Shown: positions 55,346-64,000 of the stretch, one piece after another
Layout of the letters: every line of letters begins with the position of its first letter
Numbering within the stretch: position 1 is the stretch's first letter
NCBI GenBank assembly: GCA_963749495.1
Contig: CAVVMW010000010.1
Coordinates: 640,001-704,000 of the forward strand
DNA: 64,000 nt
Source: an uncultured bacterium
GTDB taxonomy: Bacteria; Verrucomicrobiota; Verrucomicrobiia; Limisphaerales; UBA8199
Reading direction: 5' to 3'
Translations under genes and position numbers: made by a program
Notes under the pieces: model-generated
What the model was told of the DNA's origin: nothing
What the model saw: the letters and a program-made list of their open reading frames with translations, nothing else
Database searches by the model: none

Positions 55346-55942
55346 CTGGCCCTGAACGTCGTCCGCTTCCATGAGGGCCGAGGGCAGCAGGAGAAGCTCT
55401 TGGGCGAACTCAAAGACCAAGCCCAGATGGATTACTTGCCGGGTCGCAAATGGGTGACCAACAAGATGTACCTGCTCTGCGCCGTGCTGGCCCACAACCT
55501 GGGCCGGGAGTTACAGAGGGACGCCCGCGCCCCGGAACGCGCCACCGCCCACAAGCGCAGTGCCTTGTGGATCTTTGAGGGCTTGGAGATGATGCGGCGC
55601 AAGTTCATCCAACGGGCGGGACGACTCACCCGGACCAATGGCCGCCTGACCCTGACGTTGACCGCCAACAAAGTGGTGGAACAGACCTTCCGCAGCTACC
55701 TCCAGGCGTAGCCACCCAGCTTTCTTAAGCCTACAGACCCGGCTGCAACGCTAAAGTGCGTGCCGGAGTAGCCTTCCTTCTCCTCCCCAATTCCTTCCAC
55801 TGGTCGTTCCTCGCCGTGGTTGCGCTCTGCGGCTGCCCGCTCGCCGCTCGCGCTTGCCGAGGCACAGGCCACGCGAGCCACCGCAGTCCTAAAGAATGCT
55901 CCCATTGGTCGCAAAAAGGGTCATTTTTATGCAACGTTAGGG

Positions 55943-56852
55943 TGTAGTGTCCTGTGATTCCGGCGGGGAATTCAACCAGCGTACTCTGATCGTGGTTAAA
56001 CAAAACGCCGCCAACGCTGCTATAGACGGGATTGCCAGGAGCTACATTGATCGCCGCCAGCGGGCAGTCCAGGAATACGGTGTCACCAAGCTTGGTAACG
56101 CCCCTGCCAATCGTCACGCTGACCAGGGCGGAACCAGAGAACGCATAATCCCCAAGGTTGGTGACCGTGTCGGGAATCGAGAGATTGTTGGTGAGGGCGC
56201 AACCGGAAAAGGCGTTGGACTCAATATCGGTGAGCCCCGGGGGAAGCGTGACGCCCCACAGGGAGCATGAATCGGAGGCGCCGGCGCCGATTGTCGCGAC
56301 GCCGGCGGGGACCGTGTAAATCCCTGCGATGCCGGCCGGAAATTCAACCAGCGTGGTCTGGTCCCGGGTAAACAAGACCCCCGCGACGCTGCTGTAGGCG
56401 GGATTGCCGGGCGCCACATCGATCGCTTTCATTTGAGGGCAAAAGGAGAACGGCTCTTCGCCGATCCTAACGATGCTGGGGCCAAGGGTGACGCCTTTCA
56501 GGCGGAAACAATCGCCGAAGGCCCGGGCGCCGATGGCGGTGACGCTGCCTGGGATGGCGAGACTGGTCAGATTGTTGCACTGGTAGAACGCGGAGTCTCC
56601 GATGTTGGTGACGGTGCCGGGGATCGTGATATTCTGTAACGTCGAGCAGCCAGAGAATGCCTTTGGTCCGATGTCGGTGACCGGCAGGCCGTTGATCGCG
56701 CTCGGAATCGCGACCGCGCCGCCCGGACCGGCGTAGCCGGTGATTGTGATCGCGCCGTCGTTGGTCGTGCAGGTGAATTGGGCTTGGGTGGCGAGGGCCG
56801 CGGCCATTAGGCCGACGAGGCTCGTCAGGATTTGTGCAACTTGCGTTCTCAC
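55943..56852 (-). pseudogene. BspA-family LRR surface protein truncated at the IS1380 end
   Basis: Signal peptide, ITITGY..IPSAINGLPVT, IP.TVTNIGDSAF repeats, NPAYSSVAGVLF. Confidence 0.88.
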
Positions 56853-56904
56853 TGTCTTTCGTTCTTTGCGATTCACCCCAAGAAACGATTCACCGGCTGT
56901 CAAT

Positions 56905-59900
56905 TCATTGTGCGTCTGGGGTGGTTCTCTCCCTGGCGTCGATCTCCTCCCAGGACGGCGCCCGCCAGAGGAAAAGCTCGTTTTCCCAGTTTCGGCAGCC
57001 GAGCAGGTTGCCGTCGGCTGAGAATCGTGGGGACTGGAATATAGATCCTCGGGCTGGCAGTCTAAGCAGTTCCCGCCCGCCCAGATCCCACAGGGTAAGC
57101 GCATCCGGACCATCGCTCGCGGTCACCAGCCTGCGGCCGTCTGGGGAGAAATCCACCGCCCAGGTGGAAGACTGGTGGTGGCCCGCCGTTGCCACCAAGC
57201 GCTGCGAGGCGCGCTCCCAGACCTGGGCGAACCCGCGAATGCTCGCCACGGCCAGGAGCGCTCCGTCGGGAGAGAAGTTCGCATCAAACACGATGCCCGC
57301 CCCCAGATTCTGCCAGGTGCTGGCTTCACCGGTGGCGACCTCCCTGACCGAGGCATCATCTCCATCAGCACTTACGTTCAGCACATACTCCCCACGCGCG
57401 GATAAGGCCAGGAAAGGGCCCTGCTCGCTGAACGGGAGCACTCCGGGCCACGACCCCAGGTTTTGCAACGTGTTCAGGTTCCACTCTTGAACCGAGCCAC
57501 CGGCCTGGTCGTAGATGATGAATAATTTGCTGCTGGGCGCGAAGCTGTGGGCAACGAGCCAGCCGGGAGTGACCAGCCGAGGCGAGGGATCATTGGCCCG
57601 CAAATCCCAAACCCGGACGACGCCGTCCCGGCTGGTGGCCAGCAGCTCGCCGTCGCTTGAAAACGCGGTTTGATCACGCACGCGGGCGAGCTCGGCCCCC
57701 ATCGCGAGCACAGGCTTCTTCACCTGAAAATCGGCGCCTTCCAGGCGAGTCACGCGGCCCTGGGGATCGATGGTCAGCAAGAAACCGTTGTCGGGGGCGA
57801 ACTGCCAGTCAAAGACTTCAGGTAGAACGAGAGCCGACTGGTCTGGGCGCGCCAGCGTAGTGTCCCAGGCGTAAACCGAACCGTCAAAGCTGCCGCTCAG
57901 CAATGTCTTGCCGTCAGCGCCCAGCACCAGAGTATTGATGTCGCTAAGCTGGCCGCGTAGCGGACGGCCCAGCGCACGCGGCGCGGTTGGGTCGCTGGCG
58001 TCCCACAACTGGATCGTTCCATCTGCGCTGGCGGAAGCCAAAGAGACGCCGTCCAACCACAGAAGAGGGTCCACCTTGCCGCGATGCAGCGGAACAGGTC
58101 CGCCGATGGGTTTGCCAGAGTTGACATCCCACACGTGGAGAACCGAGGGCGAACCCTCGGTCGTCAACAGCATCGCTCCGTCCCTTGTGAAAGTGGAACC
58201 AAAGAACCCTCCCGCGTCATTTGTCGCGCTCCAGCGCGGCTTTCCCGTCAGCAAGTCAATCACCTTGATCCCGTCGCTCGGGACCGCTGCAACCCGGAAC
58301 GCGGGATCAACCGGAATGCGGGGACACGGATTAGGGATTGGCGTATCATAACTCCAGACCAGGGCCCCATCGGGCACGTGCAGCAGCAGCACTTGACCAT
58401 CCGAGTTGCCGTGATGGTTGTCGAGCGTGACCAGCAGGGTCGAGCCATCAGGAGAAAAGGCCAGAGCGACGCAAAAACTGCGCACGGGCAGCTCGAGAAG
58501 TTGCCGCCCGGTTTCCACGTCCCATAAACAGACGGTCGGCTGGACGCGTGTCCCTTCGTATCTTGTGGAGCCGAATGCCAACCAGGGCGCGGTGGGAGAG
58601 AAGGCGACCACAACGTCGGTGCCGCGCCGCGGCGGGATGTTGGTCACGAGCCGCGCCGTAGTCCGATCCACGAATTCCAGGACGCTGACTGCCGCACGGT
58701 CACTGTTTTGGCCCACTGCCAGCCACTTTCCGTCTGGCGAAACCGCCAGGTCCGTGACTTTGTTTGTGGCTTGCCAGGCTTTGGCCAGCGCGTCACTCGT
58801 GCATTGCTGCCACAGGTAACGCCACTCCCAGCCGCGCAAATCGCGCGCGGCTTTCCCCTCGGGCCGGTGGCGGAACAACAGCGTGCGCGCGAAACCGAAG
58901 TTGTTTGCGGCAATGGCCTGTTGCGCCAGCAACATGTCCGAGGCGTAAGCCTCGGCTTGGGCTTGCTCGCGCAACCGGGTTTCCTGCCGTCCGGCCGCGA
59001 CCGCTTGTCGCCGAGCCGCCTCCTTGGCATCGCGCTCCCGGGACGCGCGGACCGCCTGCCAAGTCGCCAGGGCTATGCCCGCCAGCAACCCCACTGTTGC
59101 CATTGCTCCCGCCGCAAACACCAGCTTGTTACGCCGGACCAGCTCCTGGAACCGGTACCAGTTGCTCGGAGGCAACGCCGTCACGGGCTCGATTATTCAG
59201 GTGCCGTTGGACATCGCCGGCCAGCCCGTTGGCCGTCTCGTACCGCCGTGCTCGGTCCTTCTCCAGGCACTTCATCACGATCCAATCCAGATCGCCCCGC
59301 AAGGAATGGATCAGCTTTGGCGGCTCGCTTCGCCGCGCCTTGGCCACGGTCGTAAGCTCCGACGCCGCCAGCGTGCTCAGCCGTGTGGAAGGGCGTAGCG
59401 GTTCCTTGGACCGGATGGTCTGGCGCATCGCATCGAGGCCGATTTTGACCAACTCCTGGTGGTCGAATGGTGTCCTGCCGGTCAGCAACTCGTAGAGCAG
59501 CACCCCCAGGCTGTGGATGTCGCTGCGCGTATCAACGTCCACGCTGCTCAACTCTGCCTGCTCCGGGCTCATGTAGGCCGGGGTCCCGATGAACTGGTGC
59601 AACTGGGTATGGACCGTCTTGTCGGTCAGCCGACCCTCGGTGGCCTTGGCAATGCCGAAATCGATCACCTTCGGCACCCCAACCCCATCGTTGACCGTGA
59701 CCAGGATGTTCGAAGGTTTGAGGTCGCGGTGGATGATGCCCTTTTGATGCGCATGCTGCACGGCGCGGCACACTTGGATAAACAGGTCCAGGCGTGATGA
59801 CGTCGGGAGTTCGTTCTGGTCGCAGTATTCAGTTATCCTGACGCCGCCAACCAATTCCATGACGAAGTAAGGCCGGCCGGTCTCGGTGGCGCCGGCGTCG

Positions 59901-60367
59901 AGCACCCGGGCGATGTTCGGATGGTCCATCATCGCCAACGCCTGCCGCTCCGCTTCGAATCGGGCGACAACCGTGCGGGTGTCCATTCCCAGCCTAATGA
60001 CCTTCAAGGCCACCCGCCGGCGGACCGGTTCCTCCTGCTCGGCCATATAGACCACGCCCATGCCGCCCTCGCCGATCCTTTCCAGCAGTTTGTATCGGCC
60101 GATGACCGTGCCAGGCCGCTCGGTGATGAGAATTCGAGCGGGGGCGGGAGGTTCCAAGGCCGCGGCGCCTTCCTCGAAGAACTGCTCGGCCTCCCCCTGC
60201 GCTGCGAGCAACCCCTCGATGCGCCGGCGCATCTGCGCATCGTGCCCGCAGGCCTCGTCGAGAAAGGCCCGCCGTTGCGCGGCATCCCTCAGTTCGCGCG
60301 CGGCCGCGAAGAGACTCTTTTCATTTCGGCTTGCGCCGTCCTTGCCAGGGATCGTTTCCATGTCCAT
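56905..60367 (-). CDS. Hanks-type Ser/Thr kinase with TM segment and WD40 repeats (frameshift near 59190)
   Basis: IGEGGMGVV, VALK, HRDLKPSN, DFG, YMSPEQ; then LRGWEWRYL and many FSPDG..WD repeats. Confidence 0.92.
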
Positions 60368-60434
60368 CTACCAATCCGCCATCGGCGCCCAAAACCCGAC
60401 AGGAAAAATGACGTTCCGACCAGGGCTTGGCTGC

Positions 60435-60992
60435 TCAGAGCGCCTTGCGGATGGCCCGGAACAGCCAGGCGCGGGCAAAGGCCCAGTCGCGCTCGACCGT
60501 GCGCTCGGTGACGCCCAGGCTCGCCGCCACTTCCTGATTGGTGAGTCCGCCGAAGAATTTCAGCACCACCACGCGGGCCGTGGCCGGGTCCTGGGCCTGC
60601 AACCGGGCCAGCGACTCGTCGATCAGCAGGACCTTGTCGTCGGGCGCGGGGTCGGCCAGTTCCAGTTCGTCAACGTTCAGCCGTTCCTGGCCGCCGCCCC
60701 GCTTGAGCCGCGCCTTGCGCCGCGCGTTCTCCACCAGGATCCGGCGCATCGCCTCGGCGGCGGCGACAAAGAAGTGCGCGCGGTTCTCCCAAGTCTGTTC
60801 TCCGGCGCGAACCAGCCGAAGCCAGGCTTCGTGGACCAAGGCTGTGGGCTGGAGCGTTTGGCCGGGCGGTTGTGCCGCCATTTTCGCGGCGGCCAGGCGC
60901 CGCAGTTCGTCATAAACCAGCGGCAGCAGCTTTTCAGCAGCCTGGCCGTCCCCGGCGCCGGCTGCCTGCAGAATCTGTGTTTCTTGTTCCAT
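60435..60992 (-). CDS. ECF sigma factor, kinase-associated type (TIGR02999-like)
   Basis: LLPLVYDELRRLA, TLQPTALVHEAWLRL, AMRRILV, ERDWAFARAWL. Confidence 0.93.
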   Translation of the reverse strand: MEQETQILQAAGAGDGQAAEKLLPLVYDELRRLAAAKMAAQPPGQTLQPTALVHEAWLRLVRAGEQTWENRAHFFVAAAEAMRRILVENARRKARLKRGGGQERLNVDELELADPAPDDKVLLIDESLARLQAQDPATARVVVLKFFGGLTNQEVAASLGVTERTVERDWAFARAWLFRAIRKAL

Positions 60993-61239
60993 CGGCTTGT
61001 CGATCAGCGAGTCCCTCAGCCAGCCTTCGCGGGAGGCGAAATTCCGCGTATGAGGCGGAGAAACTATTGAAATTAGCCACACAATGGCCCACCGCGCAAC
61101 TCGCGCCCGAATCCTGGGCGGCTGAATCCAGTGTGCTGGACGAATTCATCCTCGCGAAACGCTGTTGCGGCGCGAGACTCTGATCAACTCGAGGATGGGG
61201 TAGGGCTTCCCCAGAATCGGCAGGATCGGCGTTTTCAAC

Positions 61240-61320
61240 CAACGCTCCAGACGGTGGCATAGACCGAGCGGAAATCCACCGTGTGCCTCAAGTCCCCCTG
61301 GAACAGATCGCCCCGGGGCC
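61240..61320 (-). pseudogene. DUF1501-like C-terminal fragment
   Basis: GDLRHTVDFRSVYATV. Confidence 0.5.
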
Positions 61321-61417
61321 AAGCTGGGGCAGCGCCCGAGCAGGACCGACTGGAATGAGCTGCGTCACGCCTTCTCTTGGCTGTCCGCTTTGAACGCCGG
61401 CGGTTACTATTGGATGA

Positions 61418-63106
61418 GTGAACCGTCTGACGGACCAAGAATTGTTGCGGGATTACGCCGAGCGCCGCTCGGAGGCGGCCTTCGCCGAACTGGTGCGCCG
61501 GTATGTCGATTTGGTCTATTCCGCGGCGTTGCGGATGGTGCGCGATGCGCACCTGGCCAAGGACGTGGCGCAGGGGGTCTTTTTGGCCCTGGCCCAAGGC
61601 GCCGGCCAGCTCACCAAATGCGCGGTTCTACCCGGCTGGCTGCACCGGACCGCGCGCAATCTGGCCGCCAACGCTGTCCGGTGCGACGTGCGCCGGCGCA
61701 CTCGCGAGCAGGAGGCGGCTGCCATGAACGAAGTAATTGCCTCGGAACCGGGGACCGCCTGGGAACAGGTCGCCCCCCAACTCGACTCGCTGCTGGGCGA
61801 GTTGAACGATGCGGATCGCGACGCCCTGCTGCTGCGCTACTTTCAGCGCCGAACCGCGCGCGAGATGGCGCAGACGCTCGGGGTGAGCGAAGAGGCGGCC
61901 CAAAAACGCGTGACTCGGGCCCTCGCCCGCCTGCGTCAGCTCTTTGCCCAGCGCGGCATCGCCGTCGGCGAGGGCGGGCTGGCCGTCGCCCTTTCCGCCA
62001 ACGCGGTCCAGGGGGCCCCGGGCGGGCTGGCCGCGACAATCTCCGCCGCGGCTGCGCTCGCCGGGGGCGCCGTCCACAGCCCAACCATAATTGCCGCAAC
62101 CAAAGCTATCGCTATGACCTCGATGCACAAGCTCCTCATTGCCGCCGCCTTCGTCGCGATGCTCGGGACTGGAGTCTATGAGGCCCACCAGGCTTCCCGC
62201 CTAGGCAGCCAAGTCCGCGGGTTACAGCAACAGCAGGCCTCCGACGCCGAGCAGGTCCTGCAACTGAGCCTCGAGCGCGACCAAGCGGCCGGTCAATTGG
62301 CGGCGTTGCGCGATGGGAGCCGGCAGCCGGACGGCACCAGCGCCGAGTTGCTCAAGCTGCGCGGTGAGGTAGCGCGGTTGCGGCAGGACTCCCTCGAACT
62401 GGCTCGGTTGAAGGCCGGCGGCTCCGCCGACCCCACGGACCTTGCGGCGCAGTCCTGGCTCAAGCGGGTCAGCCAACTCAAGCAGCGGCTGGAGGAGACA
62501 CCCCAGGCAAAGATCCCGGAACTCCAGTTCCTTGACGCATTCGATTGGGTCGAACTGGCGCACAATTTCAAACTCGAGACGGAGGCCGATTATCGCAAGG
62601 CCCTGGGCGAGGTCCGGAAGCGCGCCGAGGGCTATTTTACCAAGAGGTTCCAGTCCGCGTTGGGCAGGTACATGGCGGCCAACAATGGACAATGGCCCCC
62701 GGACCTCTCGCAACTGAAGCCCTTCTTCGACCCCTCCGTGGATGACGCCATCCTGCAGCGGTGGCAAATCGTCCCCAAGAGCGCTCTGCCCAACCAGGAG
62801 TTCGCCGGGGATTGGGTGCTGACCGAAAAGGCGCCTGTGGACGAGGAATACGATCACCGCTGGACCATCGACGGCCCAGGCAGCGGTGGCGTCGGTCCCT
62901 ACCACCACCAACCATCGGCGGCTGAGACGGAGCTTCAGACCCTCATCGACAGCGCCGGCCCGATGGTGAAGCAGTATTCGGTCAAGCATGGCGGCAGGGA
63001 GCCCTCCGATCCTTCCCAACTGCAGCCCTACGCCACCAACCCTGCCCAGCAAGCCGTGCTGGCCAGGCTCCTCCAGATCCAGGCGACCAACGCTCCCGGC
63101 AGGTGA
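61418..63106 (+). CDS. ECF sigma factor with fused TM segment and long C-terminal extension
   Basis: SEAAFAELVRRYVDLVYSAALR, ALLLRYF, AAQKRVTRAL; TM near aa 240; coiled coil. Confidence 0.9.
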   Translation: MNRLTDQELLRDYAERRSEAAFAELVRRYVDLVYSAALRMVRDAHLAKDVAQGVFLALAQGAGQLTKCAVLPGWLHRTARNLAANAVRCDVRRRTREQEAAAMNEVIASEPGTAWEQVAPQLDSLLGELNDADRDALLLRYFQRRTAREMAQTLGVSEEAAQKRVTRALARLRQLFAQRGIAVGEGGLAVALSANAVQGAPGGLAATISAAAALAGGAVHSPTIIAATKAIAMTSMHKLLIAAAFVAMLGTGVYEAHQASRLGSQVRGLQQQQASDAEQVLQLSLERDQAAGQLAALRDGSRQPDGTSAELLKLRGEVARLRQDSLELARLKAGGSADPTDLAAQSWLKRVSQLKQRLEETPQAKIPELQFLDAFDWVELAHNFKLETEADYRKALGEVRKRAEGYFTKRFQSALGRYMAANNGQWPPDLSQLKPFFDPSVDDAILQRWQIVPKSALPNQEFAGDWVLTEKAPVDEEYDHRWTIDGPGSGGVGPYHHQPSAAETELQTLIDSAGPMVKQYSVKHGGREPSDPSQLQPYATNPAQQAVLARLLQIQATNAPGR

Positions 63107-63124
63107 AGCGCCTCACGATTCGCT

Positions 63125-63410
63125 TCATGGCGAGTCCTTCGCCCCCGCGCCTCTAATCTTCTCCAGGGTCCTTTGGGCCGCATCCCGCAGGTCAGGAGCG
63201 GGATCGTGCGACATTTGTTCCAGGAGCGGCGCGGCAGCTTTAGCCGGCGGGCCGATCTCGCCCAGTCGCTTCAGAGTGAACAACCGCCTCGGTTTGGGGT
63301 TCATCCGCTCGCCCGGCCCCAGGCCTCCTCGCCCTTCAACCGCTCGATCAGAATCGGCACGGCATCGGTGCGCCCGTCTATCTGCCAGAGAGAAAAGGCC
63401 GCGTTGAGCC
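63125..63410 (-). pseudogene. HEAT-repeat fragment
   Basis: RLGEIGPPAKAAAPLL..DPAPDLRDAAQRTLEKI. Confidence 0.55.
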
Positions 63411-63709
63411 TGGCCGTCCCGGTCAAAGGTTGCAGTGATTTCTCCAAGGCTGTGATGGCGGGACGGGCGGACACGGTTATGGAGAAAATGAAGCAGGCGA
63501 AGCACCCTTTTCCTGATCGTCACCGCGCTTGCGAAGGCGCCGGGCATCTCTTCCTCATTCCGAATCTGCCGATGACGGTCACTCACCTCTCCGATCCTGG
63601 TGGGAACTTCGATCTGGACCTCGGTGGAGGGCCTGAACAAACCGCGGTGGCAGCAGCGGACGCCTGGGCACGAATCGTTGAGTTCCTGCGCACCACGTTT
63701 GGCGAGTAG
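63410..63709 (+). pseudogene. BAAT / acyl-CoA thioesterase C-terminal fragment
   Basis: EGAGHLFLIPNLP..LGG..AAADAWARIVEFL. Confidence 0.7.
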
Positions 63710-63899
63710 CCAATACGGTTATCCGAGATTCACCGCGTCTGAAAACAGTAGGCCAGCGAAGTAGCGCAGGCGGATGCAAGAGGACCGAGGGTCTCCTCCG
63801 TCCAGTCCCGGCACGCTCGTTTTTGCTTCGACGGACTCTAGCTCACTCACCAGGGTGCCACATCTGTCTGCCCAGACAGGCACTTTCCATTTAAGAACC

Positions 63900-63936
63900 A
63901 AAAAGAGGGGGCGGGTCCCTCATCGAGGCCCGCCCC
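63900..63936 (-). terminator. Possible intrinsic terminator
   Basis: GGGGCGGG / CCCGCCCC stem with an adjacent T-run on the minus strand. Confidence 0.5.
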
Positions 63937-64000
63937 ACCCACAGCTCCAGGGACCCAATCAAACGAACCCGTCCAGGGTCATCTGCCGGGTCGGAAGGTC

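Larger units (their letters stand above)
54304..55711 (+). pseudogene. IS1380 transposase broken by two 20-bp palindrome insertions
   Basis: Removing 54467-54486 and 55326-55345 gives one 455-aa ORF with LDFDGS, RMDSAF and HEGRGQQEKLLGELK. Confidence 0.9.
53661..55942 (+). mobile_element. IS1380-family element, copy 2 (full length)
   Basis: Imperfect TIRs CCCCTCAGTTGCATAAAAATG and CATTTTTATGCAACGTTAGGG; accessory ORF plus transposase. Confidence 0.9.

Overview
GC-rich bacterial DNA. The gene content points to Verrucomicrobiota, probably Pedosphaera/Limisphaera-like (inference): a fused lpxC-fabZ next to lpxA, many prepilin-type '[13 protein letters not shown]' genes, an ECF sigma plus Ser/Thr kinase-WD40 pair, BspA repeats and autotransporter-repeat proteins. 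The window is a mosaic. Many genes break off mid-domain and join unrelated sequence, and even housekeeping genes carry single-base frameshifts, so part of the structure is probably assembly or amplification artefact. Supportable content: fabG/lpxC-fabZ/lpxA; a defence-island remnant (TIR and DUF499 fragments, Thoeris thsA-thsB); large secreted proteins; five prepilin-like genes; a lower-GC operon (AGE-family epimerase, two DJ-1/PfpI proteins, ankyrin, ThDP and EthD-like remnants) behind a consensus sigma70 promoter; many IS elements (two IS1380 copies, a four-ORF IS21 element, a 2.46 kb DDE element with TIRs and TSD, and IS701/IS21/integrase remnants); and two ECF sigma factors. The most striking signal is a 20-bp palindrome, CCTGCCTGCCGGCAGGCAGG, inserted at three independent sites (four occurrences, one a variant). 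All lie in IS-encoded genes, and removing exactly 20 nt restores the reading frame each time. This suggests an ultra-small mobile palindromic element that disables transposon genes.
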